From Octopus bimaculoides (taxonomy: Eukaryota), in assembly GCF_001194135.2 (NCBI RefSeq), contig NC_068996.1, positions 42,177,126 to 42,213,503 of the forward strand: DNA of 36,378 nt, given 5' to 3'. The notes under the pieces were generated by a model, which was given only the letters and a program-made list of their open reading frames with translations, searched no databases and was not told the origin of the DNA. Below are positions 1-12,230 of this stretch, in pieces (position 1 is the stretch's first letter; the number at the start of each line of letters is the position of its first letter). Made by a program: the position numbers and the translations under genes.

Positions 1-187
1 ATACAAAGAGAGATAGAGAGTGAGATACACACACACATACACGCAAACAGATAGATATACATTTGTATACCCTTATATGTGAATATATATATATATATTT
101 ACATATACCCATATATCTTTATACATACGCGCACGGGCAAACACACATACGTACATGCACTCACACATACGTACATGCATTCACACA

Positions 188-224
<37 letters not shown>

Positions 225-267
225 TACATACACAGCCATATATATACACATATATACATGTATACAC

Positions 268-660
268 ATACATATATCCATTTGCATGTGTGTATGTATA
301 CGTAAGTGTTTGTGTGTTTGTTGCGTATACATCTAAATTTCTGTATTTATGTATACACACATATATATCCATTTTCATGGGTGCATGTATGCGTATATGT
401 GTTTGTGTGTGTGTGTGTCTTGCATATACCTCTAAATTTCTGTATACATGTATACACACACATATATATCCATTTACATGTGTGCATATATGCGTATGAG
501 TTTGTGTGTGTATCTTGCGTATACCTCTAAATTTCTGTATACATGTATACACACACATATATATCCATTTACATGTGCGTATATGCATATGTGTTTATGT
601 GTTTGTTGCTGAAACGTCTAAAATTCTGGTTGTATGTGCATTTATATATGCATATACATT
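268..660. repeat. Imperfect ~95-bp minisatellite, about 4 copies, built partly from TA/TG microsatellite
   Basis: The anchor TCTAAATTTCTGTAT occurs at 332, 431 and 526, with a degenerate TCTAAAATTCTG at 617 (periods 99, 95, 91). The first three anchors are followed by ...CACATATATATCCATTT. Confidence 0.8.
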
Positions 661-1241
661 TAGATTTGACAGAGACACTCACGTGCTGATATTAACATAT
701 ATACTCAAATACACATACATGCTAGGAGATATATAATCCTTTGTTTTAGCCGTTAGAAATGATTCAATATGGCGGAACAATGTTGATGATGCTAAGTAAC
801 TTAATACACACCAACATAACTTACGCACACACACACACACATACACGTGTAGGTGTATATATATATATATATATATATATATNNNNNNNNNNNNNNNNNN
901 NNNNNNNNNNNNNNNNNNNNNNNNNNNNNNNNNNNNNNNNNNNNNNNNNNNNNNNNNNNNNNNNNNNNNNNNNNNNNNNNNNNNNNNNNNNNNNNNNNNN
1001 NNNNNNNNNNNNNNNNNNNNNNNNNNNNNNNNNNNNNNNNNNNNNNNNNNNNNNNNNNNNNNNNNNNNNNNNNNNNNNNNNNNNNNNNNNNNNNNNNNNN
1101 NNNNNNNNNNNNNNNNNNNNNNNNNNNNNNNNNNNNNNNNNNNNNNNNNNNNNNNNNNNNNNNNNNNNNNNNNNNNNNNNNNNNNNNNNNNNNNNNNNNN
1201 NNNNNNNNNNNNNNNNNNNNNNNNNNNNNNNNNNNNNNNNN

Positions 1242-1275
<34 letters not shown>

Positions 1276-1419
1276 ACACACACATATATACACAAACAAC
1301 ATCACTTAAATATATACATACACCAACATCACTTACACTCACACACACACATATACATATATTTGTGAGTGCTTGTGTATGTGTGTGTGCATGTTTATGT
1401 GTGCGTGTGTGTGTATGTA

Positions 1420-2945
1420 TCAATAATCTAAGTGACCCCCACATGGTCAAAAGAGTTGAAGAAATGAGTAATACTGGAAAAATATATTATGATGAAAAAA
1501 ATGTTTACTGCTTGTACGAACACAAAGTAATACCTGAAATGTTTCGAACATTACTCTTTTTCTAGACAAAAAACTGGAGATGAAGAGAAAGCATGTTAAG
1601 AGAATTTTAATAACCAAAATAATATACATGATACATGATTTTACTTCATTTCAAGACCTGAAAAATATTCCTTTAATATGTCCGTGCAAGAAAGCTTGGC
1701 AAAGATTTTGTCTCTTGGAAGATAAAGCAGAAGAGAGCGCTGCTTTGGAAGAAGTTGCAGTTTCGCATTCACCAAACACGATGAGTATCCTCCGTATTAT
1801 CATGTGCTGTCAGTTTCAATGCCTGTTCATGATCGAATCTTCAGCAACTTTGAGACACATGCAACCAACTATAACATCCAACGACTGGAACAGTGTGTCA
1901 GACAAAATAAATTTACCTTGATTTCATATTTAAAGAAAATATACAAGTTTCAAAGAATTGTTAGTATCAAAATCGGGAGAAATAGATTTCCTTATTGTTT
2001 CTTGTTGCAAAGTTGTTTCCTTCAGTTTTGTTTCAACAAAAAGTTCATTTACAGAAGCAGATAGCTACTGCTGTAGATACTTCTGGAATCATTGCAAATT
2101 AGTTCATAAGGGGTAGGACTGCGCATTCTGCTTCGAAGTTGCTACTCAACCATGCACATAATAACAGTCCTACGTGCTATATTAGTAATGATCGTGACAA
2201 GCAGAGATTATGAAGCAGGCCATGCTGAGAGTATGAAATGAGTGCGAAGTGTCTCATAGACATGCATTTATTGTTCTCAGTCAGATATTACAAGGTCTCA
2301 AAGTTAATACTAATATCATAAGTGGAATCATGTTTTGCACTTTAGAAATTTCGAGCAAACTCTACTTGTCATCACAAGGGGTACACCTGCCAATGAGTTG
2401 AGAGCATGCTTTCAAAAACCCTATATGTGCACCCGAGAAAAATAAAGACTCAAACTAGCAGCCAGCATGGGAGTTCACCTCTATTGAGATATATCAACAC
2501 CCCAGTTTATAAGCATTTTACGTTGACTCAGGGCAATGGTCAACTACCTAACCTCTCACAAAATTGGAATGACCAGTAGTGGTTTTTTTAACATGTCATC
2601 CTTAGCAGCCAAAAATGACATTGTGCAGGCACTAATTCAATCCAGATGGTACAAATCAGTTTATACTGTAGCTGACGTTTCTTTTCAGATCACTGCTGTT
2701 CTTCCTCACAATTTTAATTTGAAGGAAGGAGTATTCATTATGTTTCTACTAAATTAGCAAAATTCTGTAACCAAACAAGACCAGCTGTCAATATCCTTGT
2801 GCTCCTTGCGATCAAATTATAATCATTATGATTGATTAACTTAAGGGAAATGTTTCCATTCCATGTTTTTCTACAGTCCATCAGATATGCAATTTCAGTT
2901 TCAACACTTTCTGTTCCAGAAACTTTGACTTCCGGCAATACTGCT
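1420..2945 (+). mobile_element. Decayed Helitron RepHel fragment (Rep-helicase linker plus PIF1-like helicase), with many stops and frameshifts
   Basis: Manual translation gives Helitron-type motifs in the expected order: FTSFQDLK (~1640); KAWQRFCLLEDKAEESAALEEVAVSHSP; TAVDTSGIIA; GRTAHSASKLLLN (~2112); NFEQTLLVITRGTPANELRAC (cf. GDFRQTLPVIPRGTPADELNAC); LPHNFNLKEGVFIMFLLN / KFCNQTR (cf. LPPHxLxLKxGxPIMLLRNL..LCNGTRL); PSDMQFQFQH. Confidence 0.85.
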
Positions 2946-3259
2946 ATACATACATACATACATACATACATACATACATANNNNNNNNNNNNNNNNNNNN
3001 NNNNNNNNNNNNNNNNNNNNNNNNNNNNNNNNNNNNNNNNNNNNNNNNNNNNNNNNNNNNNNNNNNNNNNNNNNNNNNNNNNNNNNNNNNNNNNNNNNNN
3101 NNNNNNNNNNNNNNNNNNNNNNNNNNNNNNNNNNNNNNNNNNNNNNNNNNNNNNNNNNNNNNNNNNNNNNNNNNNNNNNNNAAAAGGGTAAAGGATTATC
3201 AATTTATTAATTTATTAATAAATAAATAATTAATCATTTTTACCAATTTCTGAACTTCG

Positions 3260-3628
3260 GTCAGTTCAAATATGTTTGGGGCATATTTCAACTTGTAAAG
3301 GCTATTTCACAACGGCTTTCTGTGGAGAAAAATTTCTCGTTTTAGGTGTAAAAAAAAAAAAATGTAAGAATACCATTGTCACTTCAATGCACCATCTGCA
3401 CTGATAGATGCTTTTCTAATTGTCAAATGTCTTCTGTCCTAAAATCTGCAAGGCTTAAGCTTTATCTTTAAAAATCATAAATAGCTAGAAAATAATTTTT
3501 AAGGCGCTTTAAGTTAACAGTATATCTTACACCGCTTTACCTACAGCATCAATTTTTTTTAACCAAGGTAAACTGTAGTGGAATACCTTTTACAAGTTGA
3601 AGTATGTCCTAAACGTATTTGTACTGAC
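3260..3628. mobile_element. Old MITE-like element with long imperfect terminal inverted repeats
   Basis: GTCAGTTCAAATATGTTTGGGGCATATTTCAACTTGTAAAG (3260-3300) matches the reverse complement of 3588-3628 (GTCAGTACAAATACGTTTAGGACATACTTCAACTTGTAAAAG). Weaker similarity continues inward for ~100 bp. Confidence 0.65.
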
Positions 3629-3916
3629 TTAAATTAATTTGTTTCTCATCAATGCTTCGCGCAACTACTTTTGTATATAATACATTATTAACAAACAAAT
3701 TTTGAAATGGTTCACACACCAAGAAAAGTCGAAGTTAGACGTGCAATTATCAGCATCTACAAATATAGCTGCATACAAAAATCACCTCAAAAATTATGTT
3801 TAATTTAATCAATTTAGGCTTAACAGCAATTTAATTTTAACAGTATTTATACATATTTGGTACATAGTCAGACGTCACTTTCGCTACTAAAACACATACA
3901 AATATATGTGTACGAA

Positions 3917-4016
3917 TGTATGCATGTATGTATGCATGTATGTATGTATGTATGTATGTATGTATGTATGTATGTATGTATGTATGTATGTATGTGTGTG
4001 TGTGTGTATATGTATG
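3917..4016. repeat. (TATG)n microsatellite
   Basis: Directly visible. Confidence 0.95.
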
Positions 4017-5026
4017 TCATTATTCAGTTTTATTTCAAGATTTCTTGCGCCAATAAAGAAAGAACGATTACTAACCTAGATCCAAGACCCTTTCATTAGA
4101 ATTCCAACTACATCAACAGGGTATTTTTGTATGTATGTATGTATGTATGTATGTGTACAAATTTGTATGTTTATTTTATGTATGTATTCCCAAGCATATA
4201 ATTGCATGTTTAGACATGTTCAAATATACTTAAATGATAAACTTCTGGGAAGTTTTAACAGATTTTTACAGTTCCAGTGATGGATTGGATCTGTAGTCTT
4301 CGAATTAGCTTTCTCCTTTCTGGTTTTATGAAGCATAATTTCTTAAGATGGGTATTTAGGCAGCGTGTTACATATCCCAGGGCCCCAATAATTACAGGTA
4401 TTAACCTGAACTTATAATCTGGATAGAGTAACTGCAGATTTCTCAATAGTTCAGTATTCTCTTTTTCATTGACCTTCAGCTTTATGTTGACATCAGTTGG
4501 GCAGCTAATTTCCACAACTGTGCACCGTTTCTTTTCTCTATCACAAATCCTTATATCAGGTCTGTTGTGCCTATATTTTATTGATATTTTCACAGGGACA
4601 TTTCATCAGTACTCCTTTTTATTATGAGTGGCTATGGCTTCTACCATATTGTAGGTTCTTATTTCTTGACCTTGGGTTTATCCTTACGACGGATTTCATT
4701 ATAGAGTGTCCTAGCTACAACATCATTTCTCATCGGTAGATAATACCGTGATGACATTTTCGGACAACTGCTTTTGCTGTGGGTGATATCCACAAAGTCT
4801 GCATCGGTTGTCACATCTTCTTTCCCTGTATCTCTATCCCTTCTGTGTATCAGGTACTTGGTTGATATTTCCTGTTCCTGGATTGCAAATGCCTACCCTT
4901 CTAAGAGGGAGGTAGTAATCTGATTGTTGGTTTATGATAGACTGCTTTGTTAATCAATGTTACTATCACCTCAGAGCTTTCTACTGACATATCCATGCAT
5001 AGTCTTCAGCTAATATAAGCTCATCC

Positions 5027-5027
<1 letters not shown>
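4017..5027 (-). mobile_element. 5'-truncated non-LTR retrotransposon with restriction-like endonuclease (R4/Dong-like): CCHC region, RLE domain and 3' UTR
   Basis: ORF 4255-4593 reads HNRPDIRICDREKKRCTVVEISCP...IPVIIGALG...SITGTVKI, a PD-(D/E)xK RLE signature. The upstream minus strand gives AFAIQEQEISTKYL and NRCRLCG (zinc knuckle start), as in R4/Dong-clade C-termini. Confidence 0.85.
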
Positions 5028-5057
<30 letters not shown>

Positions 5058-5119
5058 TGTATGTATGTATGTATTTATGTATGTATTTATGTATGTATGT
5101 ATGTATGTATGTATGTACG
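5028..5119. repeat. (TATG)n microsatellite
   Basis: Directly visible. Confidence 0.95.
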
Positions 5120-5399
5120 TAGCTGAGTGCACTGAAAATTGTATTTAGTGTTGTGCAATAATTTATGCACTCAAAATAATTTTACGCAGAGGAACTTCTT
5201 CGACGCTTAGGACGGTACATGGACATATATAAAGAAAAAAAATCGCTCCTGTGTGGGAACGCAGTGAAGCATCCATCCCTAGCAGGTTGTGAGTACGTAA
5301 TTAATAAACTACAATGCAAGTGGTTTGCGATATTGATCGTTTTATCTTCATATGTAGTAATGGCGGTATTCAAAAGCAGCCTGAGTGACTGAGCAGCTC

Positions 5400-8300
5400 T
5401 TTTCAAAGATAGCACTTCTCACCTGTTGGGAGGAAGGTATTAGAAAAGGGGATTTAAACAAGGCTTGTCACTACCAAACAGGCCAGCATCCTGCGGCTGG
5501 TGGTTGCTCGATCATGTAGAGGAAATACAAATGTTCATCAAACCTCTCTAGTTAAATCATGAAGAAATGAACATCCTCAAAAATATTAAATCTCAACATC
5601 TTGTACTGGAATATATGTGCCATTTTAGACATGCGAAGACCCACTCAGCCTGAGTACCATACAACTTTTATACGTAACGAAATGTCTCGATATAGCCTCG
5701 ATACATTTGCACTTTCAGAAACGAGACTTTCTGATAATGGCCTATTAGAAGAAGCAGTCTAGCTACACTCTATTTTACAAAGGAAGGTTAGACAATTTAT
5801 GTCAAGAAGCTGGTGTAGGTCTTGCAGTTTAAGCACAAACGAAGCCGTTTTTGCAAGGCTTCCTCATGGTTCCTCTGAAGTATAATGATGCAACGGTTGC
5901 AATAATGATGTTACGGAAGCTTGAAACAATTTATACCAGTGATTAGTATTTATGCGTCAACTCTTGTCAGTCTCCAGATAAATTGAACAGCTTTTATAGT
6001 GATCTGAGAACAATTCTGAGAAATGTTAATAAGAATAAAAAACTTAAATTTCTTGGGTACTTGAATACCGGCGTAGGACGTGAGCTTGAACTTTGAAGAA
6101 GCATAGGAACTTTGGTTACAGCTCTGCCAGAAGTTAGACCTAGTGCATGCTAATACTTGGTTGAGGCAAAAGAATAAATATAAGGCTAAATGGAAGCATT
6201 CATGTTCAGGTCACTGGTACACTGTCGGTTATATTATCGTCTATAGAAAAAAAAAACCTATCTGATGTAAAATCTGTCCGCTGCATGTGGTGGGAAGCGT
6301 GCATAATGTTGGACGAACCATAAGCTCTTGCACACCTGTCTGGCGATCGCTGTCCATAAGAAGTGGGACTGTGGTGGCACAAAGGTACCTAAAGGGGTTG
6401 ATGTTCCTACATTAAGCTGTTTCTAAATTAACGCTTAGACAAGACTAAATCACAACGCTGATCCATGTCTAAAGTTTAGTAAATAGCTCTACGATGCTGT
6501 TTCCTTCACGCTGGAATTTGTCTTTGACAAAGTTGTTGGAAGAAAAGAAAGTGGCACAAGATAAGCCGCTCTCTTTTTCTGTGGTGAGTCGCGAGTCGGA
6601 TAAGCTAAGACTATGGTGCTACTAATTTATCAAACGTTGTAACGTAACGTCTCGATACGAAACGTCGAAGCAAAAAATCAGTGCTGGGTTTAATTTTAAA
6701 TAATATCTGTAGAAATAACCTTAACGAGAAAAGCTAAGTTCCAGTGAGATTTACGGATAGCTAAGGACGCATGGTAGCGAGAAAAAGTTCGCGAAACTCT
6801 GCCATCTGCTGACAAAAATTCACATTCTCTATACCACCAGCTCCGCGTAGTATATGTCGAAACATCCTCCATCTTTGCACCTCTGCGAGCAAAGGCCGAT
6901 AATGCGCTGCTGCGCAAGCAAGACGAAACTAAGGGCAAGTGGTGGTAGCGTTTTTGTGATGACTTGAAACATGAGGTGTTATTAAGCCCTGTAGAAATTG
7001 GATGGCTTGGACAGGCATCTGTGACTCCCAGCTTCATGATCCACCCACTCGTGATTAAATAATGATGAAATAAATACCGAAAAGCCTATGGGAATGATGG
7101 TATGATGGTGTTGTTGAGCTGTTTCAAAAAGGTGGAGATGAGAAAGAAGGGTTTTTTATCTACTATATTTCACATAATGTAGATAAGAGGCGAAACTCCA
7201 CCTGAGTGCAGATGCAGTTCTAGTTTCATTGTACATGAAAGGATCAAAAGATAAATGTGACACTTTCCGTGGGATCTCTCTGATGTCAGTTGTAAGTAAA
7301 ATCTGTGCACGATACTTTCCAATCGGTTGCTGGACCATGTTGAACCAGACATTTTTCTTGAGTTACAATGAAGCTTTCGGCCAAATCTAAACACAACTGA
7401 CATGATAATTGTAACTAGGTAGGTTCAAGACAAGTGCAGAGAACAATTTGATCTATACCGCTGTTTCGTCGATCTTACTAAGCCTTTTGACACTTTTCAT
7501 AGGCCAACTCTCTGGGTTGTCCTTCTCAACATGAGGTGTCCAGAAGAGTTCAAACAGCTTATTCAATCTCTTCATGACTGCAAGAAAACATGGTTTTGTA
7601 TCAACGGTGAGTTACTAGAATCCATTTCAGTTGAATCGGGTGTTAAACGGCGTGATCTGGTGCCTACATTCTCCGACATTTTCTTTGCTAGTATCTTGAA
7701 AATCTTAGTGAATAGCGGTGTTGATAGCTACATCCGTTACCGTACAACAGAAGAGATTTCCAACATACGTGTTTTTACTGCAGTAGGAACAACTTTCATG
7801 GCTCCAACTCGTGATCTTCTTTACTGATGATTGCTATCTCGTAAACCACACCTGGAGATCCTGATCGACTGCACTTCGGCTGCATGTGATGAATTCAAAC
7901 TTATAATAAGACCGTAGTCATTCTACAACCAGCTTCAGGCAAGCCATTTATCCTATCATTGATATACGTAAAAGGAAAAGATTAAAGTAAAAGATACGTG
8001 TATCTACCTTGGTAGCACACTGTCAAGATTTAATACTCTTGACGAAGAGGTCAGTTATAGACTTTTTAATGCCTGTAATGAATTTGGAGGGCTTGAATTG
8101 AAGTTCTGGTCGCAAACAAACATCATAGATGCAATCAAAGTTGAGCTCTAATAAGCATGTGTTTCAACAGTAATTTTATTTGAAAGCGAGACCTGGACAA
8201 ACTATCACAGGCATAATCAGCAACTCGAGCGATCGCACTTGCTATGCTTGCATAATATCCTGAAGATCTCATGATGATCTCATGTGCCTGATATGAGAAT

Positions 8301-8560
8301 AGTGCAGCTGGCGAAAAAGATGAGTATCAAGTCATAACAGTGTTATATGGTGGACCGGAGCTAGAAAAACGTCCCCAGTGCAATTCACACAATCGGTTCA
8401 GAGACAATCTTAAAGGGACACTTGAAATGATCAATAACGAATCAAACACCTGGGAAGATTTTGTATCAGACAGGAATTGTGGAGGAATCTGATTGCTTCT
8501 GTTGTTAAAGAATTCGAGAATAACAGGGTTGCATATATTATTTTGAAGCGTGCTGGTAGA
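5400..8560 (+). mobile_element. Near full-length, heavily decayed RTE (BovB-like) LINE with APE endonuclease and reverse transcriptase; the 5' UTR may start near 5260
   Basis: APE motifs: LNILYWNI (~5590), FALSETRLSDNG, SFYSDL, KFLGYLNTGVG, CWTNH. RT motifs: VQDKCREQ, FVDLTKPFDT, RCPEEFKQLIQSLHD, ESGVK (ORF 7531-7827), YLGSTLS, SETWT. The C-terminus reads RFRDNLKGHLK...EFENNRVA. Confidence 0.88.
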
Positions 8561-8973
8561 TACTCTTTTACTCTTTTACTTGTTTCAGTCATTTGACTGT
8601 GGTCATGCTGGAGCACCGCCTTTAGTCGAGCAAATCGACCCCAGGACTTATTCTTTGTAAGCCTAGTACTTATTCTATCGGTCACTTTTGCCGAACCGCT
8701 ATATTACGGGGACGTAAACACACCAGCATCCGCTGTCAAGTGATGTTGGGGGTACAAACACAGACACACAAATATATACACACACACACATACATACATA
8801 TACATATATACGACAGGCTTCTTTCAGTTTCCATCTACCAAATCCACTCACAAGGCTTTGGTCGGCTCGGGGCCGTAGTAAGAAGACACTTGCCCAAGGT
8901 GCCACGCAGTGGGACTGAACCCAAACCATGTGGTTGGTAAGCAAGCTACTTACCCCACAGCCACTCCTACGCC
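8561..8973 (-). mobile_element. tRNA-derived bipartite SINE (family A), inserted in the RTE 3' region
   Basis: It has a tRNA-like head (GGAGTGGCTGTGGGGTAAG...GGTTCAGTCCC), a CORE-like CCTTGGGCAAGTGTCTTCT segment, an internal microsatellite and a (TAAAAGAG)n tail. Homologous copies lie at 15817, 17545 and 29056. Confidence 0.9.
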
Positions 8974-9005
<32 letters not shown>

Positions 9006-9373
9006 NNNNNNNNNNNNNNNNNNNNNNNNNNNNNNNNNNNNNNNNNNNNNNNNNNNNNNNNNNNNNNNNNNNNNNNNNNNNNNNNNNNNNNNNNNNNNNN
9101 NNNNNNNNNNNNNNNNNNNNNNNNNNNNNNNNNNNNNNNNNNNNNNNNNNNNNNNNNNNNNNNNNNNNNNNNNNNNNNNNNNNNNNNNNNNNNNNNNNNN
9201 NNNNNNNNNNNNNNNNNNNNNNNNNNNNNNNNNNNNNNNNNNNNNNNNNNNNNNNNNNNNNNNNNNNNNNNNNNNNNNNNNNNNNNNNNNNNNNNNNNNN
9301 NNNNNNNNNNNNNNNNNNNNNNNNNNNNNNNNNNNNNNNNNNNNNNNNNNNNNNNNNNNNNNNNNNNNNNNNN

Positions 9374-9589
9374 TATACACACACACACATACATACATAT
9401 ACATATATACGACAGGCTTCTTTCAGTTTCCATCTACCAAATCCACTCACAAGGCTTTGGTCGGCTCGGGGCCGTAGTAAGAAGACACTTGCCCAAGGTG
9501 CCACGCAGTGGGACTGAACCCAAACCATGTGGTTGGTAAGCAAGCTACTTACCCCACAGCCACTCCTACGCCTATATATATATACATAT
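9374..9589 (-). other. Exact duplicate of 8775-8990 across an N gap; probably an assembly artefact
   Basis: 216 bp are identical at offset 599, including copy-specific SINE mutations (CCATCTACC, GCTCGGGGCCGTAGTAAG, CCCAAACC). Confidence 0.75.
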
Positions 9590-9970
9590 GTGAAGCCACT
9601 CCGTGAGAAGGACACGAAAGACAGACTTTCCTGCGACCAGTGTGGTCATATCTGCTTTTGGAAGACAGGCTCATTTAGCCACACGCTTGGTTACAGAGGC
9701 GCCTTATTCTGCCTATGTGATATTCAGCATGATCTCTGGTGTATTTTATGTAGCAGGGTGTGTGAAGTGGCCAGGGGCTCAATCGGCTTTGTAGGCTAAG
9801 TCCAAACATGATGGAATTCGCTGCTAGCCGAGCTGAATTGTGGTTCGCGTGGAATGACTTGTAAGTCCCTTGCCGGGCTTTGAAGACATGTGAGACGTCA
9901 TCAGCAATGCGGAGACCAAACTCGACATGTTTGTTAGAATGAAATGGATATAGGAAGTGGATATAGGAAG
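9590..9970 (+). mobile_element. Probable 3' end of the RTE LINE, encoding 2-3 decayed C2H2-type zinc fingers
   Basis: CDQCGHICFWKTGSFSH (C-x2-C-x12-H, from 9632); CILCSRVC...; CGS[R]GMTCKSLAGL*RHVRRH (9839-9901). The segment ends in (GGATATAGGAAGT)2 followed by (GTAT)n. Confidence 0.6.
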
Positions 9971-10175
9971 TGTATGTATGTATGTATGTATGTATGTATG
10001 TATGTATGTATGTATGTATGCATGCATGTGTGTATGTATGTATGTATGTATGCATGTATGTATGTATGTATGTATGTATGCATGCATGTATGTATGTATG
10101 TATGTATGTATATGTGACCGTGTGTGTGTGTATGTATGTATGTATGTATGTATGTATGTATGTATGCATGTATGT
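9970..10175. repeat. (GTAT)n / (GCAT)n microsatellite
   Basis: Directly visible. Confidence 0.95.
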
Positions 10176-11104
10176 AGTAGCAATATTCCGCTTGGACTTT
10201 TGCTACGCAACTTCTGCAGAGAAATAAACGAGTAGCATTTCGCGGCCAAAAGTCTTGAGATTCGGTTTAGAAAATAATGTACAATTTATTTATGTGAGTC
10301 GGAGGCCTTTATAGTGAATCATATACGGATGATGTGAAGGGGAGGCGAAGGAAGTGGAAGGGAGGTAATCGAACTGGATGCATTTGAATCAAAAGTTGAA
10401 CACTATTTTACTAAATTAAATTTTTTTATTAGAATACGACTTCGCTTAGTAGTAGTTTCAAAAGGATATAGAGGTGATAAAGCGTGCTGGTATACGAATA
10501 TTGGCTGGGTGAAGACTTGCCTATTTGTCTAAGAACATTAACTTTAACACAGCGTGTTTGCCAATATTATCTTAATGGAATAATTTACGTTTATGGGTGA
10601 TTCAATCTGAATTTTGTGACGAAGGAAAATTCGGAGACAAGTATGATGTAAATCAATTTACCTAAATACATTGCTTTCAGAAGGTTTTACGTTCAGTAAT
10701 TCAGTAATTTGATATATATGTTGAGATAATGGTAACATATATGTTGACGACTAGATAGCAACGATAATTTTATTTCGTCCGAAGAAGTCTATCCCAGCAT
10801 ATATAACAGCTTACAGAAAAAAAAAATAAAAATAAAAATAAAAATCTAATGTTGAAATTAGACTATAAGAAATGTACGGTATGCACATCGAAGACAAACA
10901 GCTAAAACAACAAGTGTAATAAAACTACTCGGCAATAATATATCAAAATTTCAGTAAAAACAAACAACTACTTAAATAAGGCAGTCATGTTTTTTGTTCT
11001 CTCTAAATTCATTTATTCAATTTTATACATTTATTCGTGTGTTTTATCAAAATGAAATAAAATAAAATAAAATCTTCCGATTCTGAATTATCTGCATGAG
11101 GTGA

Positions 11105-11188
11105 GTGTACTTATACACACTTATTTACATAGAAAAACACACACACATATTATGTACACGTGTGCACGTATAAGTGTGTATGTATGTT

Positions 11189-11229
<41 letters not shown>

Positions 11230-11234
11230 TGTAT

Positions 11235-11272
<38 letters not shown>

Positions 11273-11411
11273 GCATGTATGTATGTCTATATATGTATGT
11301 GTGAGTGTGAAATTTGTCTGTAAACAAACGTATGTATGTATCCACACACAGTCATATATATATATATAGATATATGCAAACGCACACACACAGACGTAGA
11401 CGCGTGCACGG

Positions 11412-11489
<78 letters not shown>

Positions 11490-11617
11490 GTNNNNNNNNN
11501 NNNNNNNNNNNNNNNNNNNNNNNNNNNNNNNNNNNNNNNNNNNNNNNNNNNNNNNNNNNNNNNNNNNNNNNNNNNNNNNNNNNNNNNNNNNTCATACATT
11601 AACGTATCATTTATACA

Positions 11618-11659
<42 letters not shown>

Positions 11660-11745
11660 TGTGTCTGTGTGTGTCTGTGTTTCTGCGCGTGCGCCTGTTT
11701 GTGTATATGTATGTATATATACGCACATTATCATGATTATCATGA

Positions 11746-11794
<49 letters not shown>

Positions 11795-11937
11795 NNNNNN
11801 NNNNATAGATCCGCATACATACGTACACACACATACACACACACATAGAGACATATATGCATGCATTTAAATATATGCATACATAAACATATACACTCTC
11901 ACGCATAAGCGCACATACACACAGAGACACATGCATG

Positions 11938-11982
<45 letters not shown>

Positions 11983-12147
11983 NNNNNNNNNNNNNNNNNN
12001 NNNNNNNNNNNNNNNNNNNNNNNNNNNNNNNNNNNNNNNNNNNNNNNNNNNNNNNNNNNNNNNNNNNNNNNNNNNNNNNNNNNNNNNNNNNNNNNNNNNN
12101 NNNNNNNNNNNNNNNNNNNNNNNNNNNNNNNNNNNNNNNNNNNNNNN

Positions 12148-12197
<50 letters not shown>

Positions 12198-12230
12198 ACA
12201 CACACAAATATATATATATATAAATGTATA
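11105..12230. repeat. Compound microsatellite block: (TA)n, (CA)n, (TG)n, (TAT)n, with three N gaps
   Basis: Directly visible. It explains the many YI/HT/CV-rich spurious ORFs. Confidence 0.95.

Noticed and set aside
79-1565. Long YIYI/HTHT/CVCV ORFs here and at 9.7-10.2, 11.1-12.3, 16-18, 19.3-20.7 and 35.7-36.4 kb
   Set aside because: They are translations of dinucleotide and tetranucleotide microsatellites and N gaps, not genes.
3374-3440. Exon-like minus-strand segment (DRRHLTIRKASISADGALK*)
   Set aside because: It lies inside the inverted-repeat MITE at 3260-3628.
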